From positions 15,718,485 through 15,782,484 of the forward strand of contig NC_134027.1 of NCBI RefSeq assembly GCF_964204645.1: DNA of 64,000 nt, in the 5' to 3' direction. The notes under the pieces were generated by a model. The model saw only the letters and a program-made list of their open reading frames with translations, did no database searches and was not told where the DNA came from. Below are positions 48,277-61,779 of this stretch, piece by piece (the stretch's first letter is position 1; each line of letters opens with the position of its first letter). The DNA comes from Tubulanus polymorphus. Its lineage: Eukaryota > Animalia > Nemertea. Position numbers and translations under genes: made by a program.

Positions 48277-50911
48277 ATGTATTTTAAGGTGAGAATCCGT
48301 TAACCAGGGAATGTATAAATGATTTCTTTAATAATATGAGTAATGCTAGCAAATGAGTAGGCCTACTCGGTGAAGCAATGATCATTGTTGGCTACTTACT
48401 TAATGCCTAGCTTTTTTGGGGGATGCGCCTAGAATAGATTTAGGCCCTAAATATAATGGGTAGAGCCAGTCAGTGGAATGCCTTAATAGCAGCTAGTTAT
48501 GGCCTGGTTTACACTGAATGTGCATGACAATTTATTTTGATTACTTTCTTTCCAGCTATTATTCGTGGAATGAACTGGGCACTACGGTCTTCAATTCCTT
48601 TGCGGATTCTTGCAGGAATATTAAAACACAGTGCGCAAATGTATGTTTAAAATTAGGCTTTTTCGACATTGACAGCCAAAGACGTAACTTAACAGGCTAA
48701 CTTAAGCGCAACTGTCTCAGATGCTGTAAGTACTTGACGTTTTGCGTAATTTTTTTTTTGTAATGCAATATTTGGATTAGTAATCAGTCGTGCTAACGTA
48801 CATGCAGAATTGGATTCATTGTAATTATGGGATGATAATTCATGGGCGTCACGAGTCCTGCAACATACCCTTGATATGAAGCTTTTTTAATGTTAATCAT
48901 TGACTTGTTTTGGAGTAAACTGAATAGCCCTTAAAATACCAATGCCACGTGGCTTGGTGTCTATGCTCTACGAGACTGTAGTAATAGATTTTCACAACAA
49001 ACTCATGATTTCAAATAGTCTCCTCAGATATCTATATATTATTTCGCTCCTTACCCAAGTAATTCTTACATTTGATTGCTTAATTACAGATGGAAAGAGG
49101 TCAGATGGCATGAAAATCGACTGTGGCTGACTAATTGGCACGAGTAACCAAAATGCTTCAATCATCAGGGGTAGACAAATTAGCCGAAGATGAATGAAAA
49201 CTTCACCTTGATGATCATCAGTTGATTTTGCTATAATTATTTGCCTGGATATATCCTTCATTTCAAAATCTGTCTTCAGTAGAATTTCTTTCAATAAAAT
49301 ATTTTGAAGATTGAATTTGAATTGATCTTAAAACCAGAGAAAGCATTCAGAAATTTAGAAAATCCTTGACTCATAAGCAAATTCTGTCAGTTAAGGTCTT
49401 TTTGGTCGAATCAAGCCGAGGGCTCAGGTGACTAAAACTCAATTCCTCACTGTCTTATAATGCCGAGTATGACGGAGTTTACACACTGAAACACGTTGGG
49501 CTGTGTAAGTGTAATTTGGATAAGTCCACAATATAATGACCGCCCTGCCCCGCTGCATCTGAGACGTCAACAAGTTAGACTGTATTGCTTCGATGACAAA
49601 CTGACTCCTACGCAAGATGACCATCCAATTCAAATGTAAATTAAGAAAGAAAACAACAAAACTAGTTGCGTTGATCAACAAAAATAAATCAATAGTTTAT
49701 TACAATACTTCAATTTCAAAATAAGGATAGGAAAAAATTGAACAATAAGTGTGTTTGCCATGCGTCTTTAAATATTTCCCAAGAATATGTCTTAGTCTGG
49801 CCACCACCTGCCTCGACGTCAGACTTTTTCGAGATTTTCGCTAAAAATACGAAACAAGACAAAATTGATGGATGGGAATCATACATGCTACATTCACTTT
49901 TACTGCGAACATTGGAATGAGCTAAAGCAATTTTCTAGGAGGAAAAATTGAGTCAAATGATGTTTCAAAATCTGGACGGGAAAAGTTTTACTGAATTGTA
50001 TGGCTAATGGCAAATACATGTTTATATTGATAAGGTAAATATCTGTATAAAAGGTTGTATAGCAACTTGAATTGAAGGATTAATACAATAGGTCTCTTAT
50101 TCTAAAAGACGAGTGAGCCCGACTTACTAGATTGGTCATGTGAATCAACATCAAATTTAGAACTATCATCCATTTTTAGTTTTCAATCAAAGACCAACCT
50201 ATGAAATAAAGTACATATTTTTCTGATAACAACCTGGAATAAATTAAAATAAATCTGAGGAATTCACCAAATTACTGTATCGAACTCCTAATAGGGCCTA
50301 TATAACCTATAGATTGATACTTACATACGACAAATTGACGAAGAAACTTCATTTGACAGTATACAAACTCGCGGACAAACTCCCAAAATGAATCATGTCC
50401 TATTCACCTAGAATCAAACAAAATACAACTAAAAAATTCACAATACAGATTTCGGTTTCGAATCCTTCAAATAGCTGTTTACTTACATGAAACGAATTAT
50501 CAAACTACTTCTGCCGACAGCATACCAACTCGCTGACACACCCCCAAAATGAAACGTATCATGATAAACATCTGGAATTAAACGTAATAAAGCCACAAAA
50601 TTTACAAAATGTCGGTTTCGAATCCCTCAAATAGCCTTACACTTACAAATGATGGATTATCAAACAACTATGAACTCCCACAACGCCACATGTCTTTGAT
50701 AATCTACAGTGAAAACCTGGAATTAAATGAAATAAATCTTAAAATTCCGATTTGAACCCAACGTAGGCCCTCTCTCTACTTGTAGGCCTAAGATCTTGAA
50801 ATAGGATAAATAATGTTATGATGAAAAAGGCATAATGGTTCGGAAAAAATTGAATTCAATATGGCTCTTGGCCCGGCAAAGTTTGCTTTTGAAATATCCT
50901 TTTGATTAGGC

Positions 50912-53900
50912 TGTTGAGGATTTATGTATTATGATTTATGTATCATATGTTCATGTATTATACACAGTTGTAACTGCTTTGCGTAGTTGACTGATTTTCT
51001 GTAACATAGTTCAATGAGCATGACTGTACGTACTATAAGTAGCCAAACTGCAAATAAAATCATTATTATATATCAAGTCTATACCAGAGTTCGTGTCTGT
51101 AGTCTTGTTGAGGACCTAACCTAAGGGAAAACAGCACATTTTGGTCCCTCGAACCGTTCAGAATGGCAGAAATCTTGAAATCTAGCAACTATCAGGCGTT
51201 GGTGAGAAAAAGAACTGCACAGAGAGCTCAATCTACTAAGATCATCAACGTAGCCGACGAGATCACGAACAGCCAAACCTGCCAGCCACCAGACATCAAA
51301 AAACTTCAACGTAGTTCATGTCAGCTACAAGACAAAATCCGAGAACTCGATATGATTAACGAATCCATGTTGGAGATGATCGACAACGATGAAATGTACA
51401 TGAAAGTGTCGGAAGAGGCGGAGGATGTAATCTCCAAAGTGAAAGACCGTAAGTTGTTTTACGACCAATATGCTAATGCGCGAACGTCTCCAAACTGTCC
51501 GTCAGATATTAACAGTTCAAACACCCGAATTAAAGTTAATCTCCCGAAATTAGAACTTACCACATTCAACGGAAATGTTATGAAATGGTTACCATTCTGG
51601 GACTCTTTCAATGCAGGCGTTCATTCAATACATTCGATTCCGAATGTTCAGAAATTTCAGCATTTGAAACCATTATTGTCCGGTCCAGCTCTTGATTGCA
51701 TTCAAGGGTTGACACTAACTGACGCAAATTACATACATGCGATTGATATTTTGACTCGACGTTTTGGCCAGGAACATAAAATCATCGACAGCCATATGCA
51801 AGCGTTAATGTCCGAACCAACACCTTCGTATAACTCTTTCTCGATGAGGAAATTCGCAGATAACTTTAAGTGTCACGTACGAGCGTTAGAAAACCTTGGC
51901 GATATGTCATACCGAGATATGTTAGTTTCTTTAATCTGGAATAAATTGCCACCAGAATGCAGAGGTAATATTGTTCGCTTTCATGGCAATAGAAGATTTT
52001 CCCTGAATGAAATACGACAATTTCTGTTTAATGAATTAGATATTTTAGAAGCTGGAGCAGGGAAGCGAGAATCATCAGTTTCAACATTGTTCACTAATCA
52101 GAAACAACCTGTAAACGTATTCCGAAATCCTAGGAATCAAAATTTTACTGATAAATCGAGATCTGTGCATTGCACATATTGTAAGGCTAAAGACCATAAC
52201 TCAGAAAACTGTTCGAATTTGAAATCTGTGGATGATAGGGTTGCTCATATAAAATCAAATAAATTATGTTTTAACTGTTTAGGTCCGCATCTCATATTAG
52301 CTTGTAAATCTCGATATAATTGTAGATTGTGTAAAAGAAGACATCACACTAGCATTTGTGCATCAATATATCAAGCTAAATCAAGAAATAATCAAGTACT
52401 TGATAATCCAATTGTATCTTCTCATCAATTTCAGGCTTCTCGACAGTTGTTGGCTACTAATACTTCAAATGCTCATTCGAACGTTGACAGGGATCAGTCG
52501 CGTTTACAGCAACAGGGTGATTCAATGTTGAACTCGGTTCAGTCTCATCAACCGACTGCAGACGTATCCTTATCCATTGGCACTGAGCGAAAATCAGTGT
52601 CTACGTTATTCACAAAAGGTCATAGTACAATACTTTTAAAGACAGCAATAGCGCCCGTACTCAACCCTGAATATCCTCAACTCCGTCCACTCGCTAACAT
52701 AATTTTCGATGACGGTTCTCAGAGATCTTTCATTTCACATGACTTGTCGCAACAACTCAATCTTCAACCATTGAGGCAAGAAGAACTTAACATTTCTGGT
52801 TTTGGTTCAACGAACTCTGGTCATCAAATTCTTAGTGTAGTAAATCTTCACATTGTTTGTAAAGATGGCAGCTTGGTACAATTAGAATTATTAGTATTTC
52901 CTACGATATCGACTCCAATTGACGTTAGTTCGATAACACAAGTACATAATTACTCTCATCTTCGTGATCTCGAATTAGCACATTCCCCAGGAAATGGTAC
53001 CTTCACAATCCAAATTTTGATAGGTGCAGATAATCACTACAAAATAGTTGACGGTCATTGTATTAAAGATGTGAATTCTAATTCCCTGACTGCCGTAAAA
53101 ACAAAACTAGGTTATGTCTTATCTGGTCCAGTAGAATATCCAAATCCTAGTTCTCAATCAATTTCCATGATTAGCTTAGTAGAGAATCATTCCGAGCAAA
53201 ACCTGAATGAGTTTTGGAAAATAGAATGTTTAGGGATAGATGATAAAATAGCAATCCTGGAAAGTGAAACTGATTTCATGCAACGTTACTCCGAGACCAT
53301 TATTCAACAAAACAATGGTCGATACATAGCTCCGTTTCCTTGGAAAATTGAGCATGAATCACTGCCTACCAACTATGATATATGCATGACTCGCACTCGC
53401 AAAACAGCTCGACGTTTAGGCAAAGATCCAGACATGTTACGTTTGTATTCCAAAATTATCCACGAACAAGAATCCCTCAAAATCATTGAACGAATTCCTC
53501 TTCACGAAAAAGTTCGTTATGATGGAAAATGCCACTTTATTCCTCATCACTCCGTGTTTAAAGACTCGCCTACAACGCCGATTCGCATCGTGTATGACTG
53601 CAGTTGTCATGAAAATTCTGACTCTCCTAGTTTGAACGACTGTCTTGAGCCCGGCCCTGCCTTACAGAATGACATTTCATCCATTCCTTTACGCTTCAGG
53701 TTATTCGAGTATGCCGCCATTTGTGATTTAGAAAAGCCTTTCTTACAGATTTCTTTAGGTAACGACAAAGACTTCACTAGATTTCTGTGGTTGTCTGATC
53801 CAAGCGATCCTGAAAGTCCATTCGTTGAGTATCGGTTCTGTGTTGTTTTGTTTGGTGCAACTTCCTCCCCGTTTATACTAAATGCAACGATTATCAAACA

Positions 53901-56900
53901 TCTACTACAATACGATTCTACTGTTTCCAGATCCATGCTTTCTAACGTTTATGTTGATAATTTCGGTGTATCTGTTCCGTCATCCGATGAATTGGACAAC
54001 TATTATCTTGAATGTCGCGAATTAATGAATGATGCAAGATTCAATCTTAGATCTTGGGCTTCTAATTGCGAATCTACACATGGACTTGCTGTTTCCGATG
54101 GGGTCTCTGACAATTCTACAACTGTCAAATTTCTAGGTTTAAAGTGGAACGTTCATTCCGATAAACTCAGTTTAATATCGAAGCCCTCTTTGACTGCACC
54201 AGATGAGCTCCTAACCAAACGTGAAATCTTGAGTGCAGCCAGCAAGATATATGATCCACTTGGTCTGCTTACCCCTGTAACTATTCGCGCGAAAATATTC
54301 ATGCAAAAACTCTGGTCAATGGGCGTAGAATGGGACGAGCCACTGAATGATTCAATTGTTGCTGAATGGTCGAAACTATCCATGTGCTTACATACTATAA
54401 GTTCTACTTTTTCTATTCCCAGATGCCCGGATCCAATTTTTCGTACTGATGTATTGAATTTACATGTCTTTGCCGACGCATCAGCAAAAGCGTATGGGGC
54501 ATGTGCCTATCTTTGTTGCAATAGAAGCTCGATTTCAAATTTGATCATCGCCAAAAGTCGAGTAACTCCGGTAAAGACAGTGTCTATTCCGAGACTAGAA
54601 CTGTGTGCAGCTGTTGTTGCTTCGAAGCTAGCAAAACACATCATTGAGAGTTTAAATTCTGAGATCAATCCACATGTTCATCTTTGGACGGATAGTCTGG
54701 TTACTTTAGGGTGGATCCGAGTCAAAGTCATCAAAGAATTGGTCGGTACAAATCCATGGAAATACGTTCCATCTCAAGATAACCCGGCTGACATTCTCAG
54801 TAGGGGCTTCAACGGTCAATCTTTGAATGAAAGCCAACTATGGTTAAAAGGGCCCAGCTGGCTTACCATTACTGATAAATGGCCCTCAAATCCTGGAGTA
54901 AAGGAAACCGTTTCTGATGATACGGAGATATCTTTGTTGAGCAGAGATACATTCGTCTACCTCGAGCCTATTATTGATATTTCTCATTTTTCTTCACTTC
55001 GCACATTGCTACGCGCGACTGCGTATGTTTTTCGTTATATCAATTGTCTGAAGTCAAAGATTAGAAACACAGACGAATTAACAATATCGGAGTTACATGC
55101 ATCTGAGTTATTCCTTGTAAAATCAGTTCAGAATACTCACTACAACCATGAAATAAAATGCCTCAGTGAAAACCTACCTTCTAGGCAGTATCCAATCATC
55201 AATCAATTGCGTTTGTTTTTGAAGGACGGCATACTCCGATCTGCAGGTCGTATTCATAATGCTCATATTCCATTTGAGACGCGATTTCCAATTCTATTGC
55301 CGCCAAACGATCCATACACGAAGTTAGTCGTTTGGGATAGTCATAATCGGTCATTCCATCAGGGAGTCAATCAAACTGTGACGGTAGTTCGAAAAAAATA
55401 CTGGATTCCTAGAGTACGACAAGTTGTCAAATCTGTCATTCGTCCATGTGTTACATGCAAAAAAGTGATCGGAAAATCTTACATGGCACCTCAAAGCCCC
55501 CTTTACCTTCACTGCGAGTCTCTGAAGCACGTCCTTTCGCTATCTGCGGTGTGGATTTCACAGGGGAAATCCTGGTCACTGATCAACCTGAGAAAATGTA
55601 CATATGCCTATTTACTTGTGCTGTCACAAAGGCTCTTCACTTGGAGTGCGTGTCCAATTTATCTGTTGAAACTTTGATGCATACTTTCCGCCGTTTTGCA
55701 AGTCGTCGAGGCACACCTCAGAAAATGATGTCGGATAATGCATCAACTTTCTGCTCCGCATCACAGGAAATAAAGAATCTACTGACCTCACCTAGCTTAA
55801 CATATAAACTGCAATGAAAATGTGGAGTGGTCGTTTATTCCAAAACGAGCCCCTTGGATGGGCGGATACTGGGAGAGGCTCGTTGGTATCGTCAAAACAT
55901 GCTTGAAAAAGGTACTCGGCCGGTCTCGTGTCAATAGTACTGAGTTGATAACAATCGTCACTGAAATAGAGAGTGTCGTAAATGACCGTCCATTGACATG
56001 CGTGTCATCCAACATTACTGATCCCGACCCTATCACCCCTGCACATTTCCTAACAGGACACATGATACGAAATTTGCCACATGTTGAGATTGATGAGACT
56101 GGATCAAAAGATCCCGAATTTATCTTAACGAAACAAAATGTTTCCAATAGATTACGAAAAATGAGTTTTATTTTCCAACAGCTGTGGAGAAGGTGGCATT
56201 CTGAATATTTACTTTCGCTCAGAGAAAAGTATAAATCCGTGTCAGGTAAATACAATGATAAAATCCGGGTCGGAGATGTAGTTCACATATACGATGAATC
56301 GCCGCGAATAAAATGGAAACTCGGCGTTGTTATGGAAATACATACCGGGAAAGATAACCTTCCGCGATCAGCTACGGTGAAGACTGCTGTCGGTAGGACC
56401 AACAGACAAATCGTTAAACTTATACCGCTCGAAATAACGTGTACGCCGGACTTCGTATCTTCCGTACCAGGAAATATAGATGCTTTTCGTCCAGAGATCA
56501 ATCGTCCGCGTCGTCTTGCCGCCGAGGAAGCGTCCGTGAGAATCAGGAATATTCTCCAACAAGACGATTGACATTTTGCGCCCCAGAGGATGCGTATTAT
56601 AATTTGTGCAAAGATACGTGTGATTGATTTGTGAAAGTACGAAGTTTTTGTGAAATCACGTATATTATTTGTGTTTATATTTTTTGTAATTTTCATTTTT
56701 CGGCCCGGAGAATGTTGAGGATTTATGTATTATGATTTATGTATCATATGTTCATGTATTATACACAGTTGTAACTGCTTTGCGTAGTTGACTGATTTTC
56801 TGTAACATAGTTCAATGAGCATGACTGTACGTACTATAAGTAGCCAAACTGCAAATAAAATCATTATTATATATCAAGTCTATACCAGAGTTCGTGTCTG

Positions 56901-56939
56901 TAGTCTTCTTGAGGACCTAACCTAAGGGAAAACAGCACA
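50912..56939 (+). mobile_element. Full-length BEL/Pao LTR retrotransposon
   Basis: 227-bp TG...CA LTRs at 50912-51138 and 56713-56939 (1 mismatch). TSD TAGGC, with the empty site at ~43623. PBS TGGTCCCTCGAACCG (tRNA-Tyr-like) and PPT-like CGGCCCGGAGAA. Confidence 0.97.
51163..56571 (+). pseudogene. BEL/Pao gag-pol polyprotein with two frame disruptions in the integrase
   Basis: LPKLELTTF.G...W..FW gag motif, three Cys/His knuckles, protease FDDGSQRS, RT YVDN, RNase H FADAS, and integrase HHCC, GVDF, SDNA, WERL. Frameshifts near 55495 and 55817. Confidence 0.95.
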
Positions 56940-57879
56940 TAGGCCTAGTTACACATTTTAAAAGCATATTTCTTTTTGCATCAAACTAAAAGCGGCTTTG
57001 TTGAGGAAAACTAAAAGCGGCTTTGTTGAGGAAAAGATTCGTTTGAGTCGTAAAATTTATAGCCTAGAACCAATTTCTTCGTCAAAGCGTGATGCGCAAT
57101 TTTGACTGGGTCTTATTTCCACGTGGTAGTGGACAGAAAATTTGAATAGGCCTAAATAATAGAATAATCTTTCTTAGGTTTCATGATAAAGATGCAGCAT
57201 TAACATAGATTAATGCTTATCTTTTACAATTAGGCTTATGTTTCAAAGGGAAACGCCCACAGTTGGTCGAACAGGGGTTAGGCATTGATGGTAGAGGGGC
57301 TGTGTGTGTGAAACAGAGAGATAAAAATGCACGGGAACGAGTTTATCGAGTGGAGCTTATTATTCCATCAGGGATAGTGATTAGTGTACTATAGTCATGT
57401 TATATATCAAAATGTTCCTTATTAGTTCCGCTGCATCGCTAAAAACAAATTGAGATAGGTTTCCCTGCATTTTTTTACATATTACATCACTTACAACGAT
57501 AAACGTCCGTCGCCGACTGAAAAATTCACAAAAACTTCCGCACTGAGAGCGCCACCGCACCAATTCAAATTGGATCGGAAACCCTCCAGCGATGCACTCT
57601 ATGATCTTTAGAACCTGTCTTTGCTGACTGGGAATAAGATAATTCAATTTCAATTTCAATTAATTCTTTATTGTTCCGTAACGTAGTTAAACGTTATAAG
57701 ATTAAGTACAATAAAGATAGGGGGATAAAATATAACATTTTACAGATAAAGATAACAAAAACAATAACAGTTTAATATACATATATACACGATGTAGACA
57801 GGTTTTCAGTAAGTGAATCAGTGATAGTTTAATTAATGGATACTGCGACGTAACACTCAGATTTCAGATTGTTTTTTTT

Positions 57880-60800
57880 TCATGAGTTAGACCCTTTCTC
57901 GATGTTTTTCCCTAAATATTTGGCCATTTCTATAGAGGACATTATAGTTACAAATTTGACTTTATCATTTACATTCGACATGCTAGGATATTGATTATAA
58001 AATTTATTCAACAGATCTGTTCTTAAATTATCAAATTTTGCACACTCCATTACAAAGTGGAACTCATCTTCTACTACTCCGCATCTGCTACATAAGCATT
58101 CTTCGGTGTTGTCATATCGCGGAAAGAGAGAATCGCGGAATTTTCCAAAAACGCGGAATTTCTTCATTTTTACTATAAATAGTAAACGGGTTTTCCCACC
58201 GGGATACCCACTGTCGGACAGGGCACCGGACCCAGGTTTTCAACACCGGGAATTAGTATTTGATAATTTATTATATCGCCAGTCAACAACTTAACGATAC
58301 TGTTCCAAATAATGGAGAACCTAGGCAATACGTGCTTTGCGAATTCAGTGATACAGAGTATCGCTGCATTAACTGAAGGAATACAAATCGATGGTACGTA
58401 AACGTAGGATTTGTGATGACACCATGGGTCATTCTCCAGGACTCACTTCCGAGTTAAGATTTGACTCTGGTCTCTGGATTTAAAACATTGGAAATGAATT
58501 GATTCTAAGTAACACATAGTTAACTCACAACTGTGGAACTGGATCGATGTCAGACGAAAATAAATAGACATTATGTATATTTCATTCTGGCTTAGGATTG
58601 TTCATGCGTGTTGTGTGTCTACATTGTTGTTATAAGCGAAATAATGTGGTTTATCTTTTATAATTAAATGATATGAAAGATTAATATGTAATAGATGAAA
58701 TCTAAGTGACGGACGCTTCGTCACTGCAGCTTGATTTAATTTTTACGACTAAGATTAAGAAATCATAACGATTCGAAAACAACCTCGTTCACGGAGTGTA
58801 ACAAAACCACTCAAAATAATGTCAGTGACTAAAGGAACACCGAGAAAATTAATTGTTGTCAATGAAACTGCCAAGAAACTCTTACTATAACTCTGGTGGT
58901 TATAAAAGTTAATTATACGCGAAAATGCATCAAATCGGTAGTCTTCCTAATTCACCGAGTACTGCTAAATTGGTAGTTTTTTTGTTTACATGCAATATGA
59001 ATTTGCAGAATTTGACAGTTAATTTATTGAGTAGGTCATCCTTTTCCATTACTTCCTCAATTGGGAATGTACCCTTGTTTTTGAATATTTTCTTAGCAGT
59101 GCTCGTTTTTGGTAACCAAATCTCACAACCATATAGTAGGATGGGTGTTACCAAAGTGTCAAACAGCTTTAACGATACATTGGGTGGACAATCTTGAATA
59201 CCAATAATTTTTTGAATACTGAGCATGGCTCGGTTAGCCGATTTGAATAGATCTTCTCTAGCTTTGTTAAAACACCCTGATGCTGTAAATATAAGTCCTA
59301 GATATTTGTACTCTTTTACTAATTCAACATTAATTCCATTTATATAAAAATGTGTGTTAATTGGTATATGGCCTTACTCTTTTCAATGTTTATTTCTAAA
59401 TTCCATTTTTGACAGTATTCTGCAATTTTGTCAAGGCAGTTTTGAAGACCATGTTTAGAATTCGACACTTATACAAGATCGTCGGCATATAATAGATAAT
59501 TTATCAGTATGTCGCCCAGTGGAACTGGGTCACAAGACTCATCGAATATAGACATAATATCGTTAATAAAAATGTTGAAAAGCATCGGACTCAGAGTGTT
59601 TCCTTGTTGTAACCCAATATTTGAGCTGAATTTGCTGGATGTTTGGTACTTGTTAAGTTTCACTCTACAGGTGATATTCCGATACATACTTTCAATGATG
59701 CGAATGAAGTGATCTCCTAATTCTAATTGTTTCAATTTGTATATTAGACCCTGGTGCCAGACTGAGTCAAATGCTTTTCGGAAATCAATGAAACAGGTAT
59801 AGAGTTTATTGGATGAGGATAATTTCTTATCGACAAGTCTCTTTAGTGTGAACATATGATCTGTGGTCCTACATTTAGGCATGAAACCAATCTGCTGAGG
59901 TACAATCAAATTGTTTGATTTCAAGTGCTTTGTTAGTCTGACATTCAGGATATGACAAAACACTTTACCGAGACAACTGCTTAAGGTAATTCCCCTATAG
60001 TTATCGGGCAATGATTTATCGCCCTTTTTATAGAGAGCAATCAGACCTTCAGCCCATGAATCTGGATAGAAGCCGCTAGAATAAACGTAGTTAAATAATT
60101 TTGAAAGGGGCTTGACAAGATAGTCTTTCCCGTACTTTAAAATTTCGTTGGTTAATCCATCAGGCCCTGGTGACTTGTTGTTCTTCAGGGCTGATAGAGC
60201 TTCCGAGATTTCTCTTTCCGTGATAAGAATGTCCAATTCAGTAGAAGTAGGTAAATGATTTGGTAAACCCCCCAGGTCTGCTCGGTTTAGTGAGTTTGCC
60301 TTTGCTAAATTTATAGACTTGAAATGGTCAATAAATATTTCCGGATCACAGATATCATTTTTATTCATTGTTTTCCCTCCATCGTTCTTTAACTCTTTGA
60401 TTATATTCCAATAGTCACGGGGTCTGCCTTTTAGTGAGGTAAGCATTGAAAGCTTGGATTGCCGAAATGCATTGCGTTTTACTTTAAGAAGTTTGCGGTA
60501 TCGTCTTTTCAGTATGAAATATTTCTCTCGGGTGACCCCATTAGTTTGCTTATGCAACATTTTCCCTGTGGCACGCAAATCATTCCTTAGAGGCGAGCAT
60601 TCTTTATCAAACCAACACTTTTCGCAGTTTACCTTAGTATTCTTTTCCATGCGTTTTTTCTTGGGCATTTTGATATCTTTATGTAGTATGGCTACAAATT
60701 CATCAACTATGTTGTTCACAGTGTGAATATCAGCAGTGTCTGAGGACCAGATATCTTTGTTGCATAGGTTATCTAATTCAATGATGATATCTGGGTTTGA

Positions 60801-61757
60801 TAAATACGAGTCTATTTCTTCTGGGTCTTTTAGTTTAGCAAACTGACTATTGTAAAAATCTGTATAAGTTGGTGGGTTATAGGCTCCCTCCAGAGGTCCA
60901 ACTGTTTCGTATTGCAGGCCTAATCCTATGGCACAATGATCTGAGAGCTCACTAAGTTGGCTATGGACATGAAAGTATTTGATAAGAGGGAAGATTTCAT
61001 CATTAATTAGAGCCAGATCTACAACACTACTTCCATTCCATTGGTGACAGGTATATTCACCAAAGTGGTCACCGGGGCACCGACCATTTAGAATACATAA
61101 ATTATTGGACATACACATTTCAACTATATTCTTGCCCATTTTGTTAATCGTTCTATCTTTGCTCCTCCTTATGGGCATTTCATTGACTGGTATGTATAAT
61201 TCGTTTAATACTGGTATGTATTCACTGTCATTTAAGTTAACATTATTACATTCATTTATAAGTCAAGTCCGAGCATTAAAATCCCCTAATAATAGGATAT
61301 TTCCAAGACTTGAGTATTTGGTGCACCCTAATTCAAGTAACTGAAAGTTCTCGTCTGAATTCTTCGAACCAAATGTAGAATTAATTGGGCTTATGTAACT
61401 TGCAGCAATAAATAAAGGTTTCTGTTGGATATCATGACTTGTGGTAGGGGTATATTTTAACCAAATTATTTCAGACGAAGACCTTTCAATTACTTTCACA
61501 TTATTCTTTAAACTATTTTTACATAAAATCACTATTCCACCATAGTTTCTCTTTGCATTTATACTACGTTTCCTTGTTAGATGGATGCTAAAATAATCCG
61601 ATATTTGTGGAAACGAGTCTTCATCGGTGTGCGTTTCGGTGAGACAAACAATGTCATAATTTTCTATCTGTTTTAAAAAATAACTGTCATTTAACTTGTT
61701 AGTGTACTGGTTAGACAGTCCTTGGGTGTTCCACGCACCTATGTTGAGCATATTCAC
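57880..61757 (-). pseudogene. LINE ORF2 (AP endonuclease, reverse transcriptase, C-terminal CCHC), disrupted
   Basis: AWNTQGL, LTETH, GDFNAR, SDH, KSPGPDG, NYRGITL, FIDFRKAFDSV, QGNTLSPMLF, YADD, and C-terminal CSRCGVVEDEFHFVMEC. It has stops, frameshifts and a MITE insertion. Confidence 0.93.
58104..58683. mobile_element. Partial second copy of the MULE-like element, inserted in LINE ORF2
   Basis: Reverse complement of ~2574-3150, including one TIR. Confidence 0.88.
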
Positions 61758-61779
61758 GGACTCTGGTAGTTATTGCGGT

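Noticed and set aside
41782-49920. Short ORFs repeated in the duplication (41782/48992, 42158/49439)
   Set aside because: They recur only because the DNA is duplicated; there are no motifs or coding signal.
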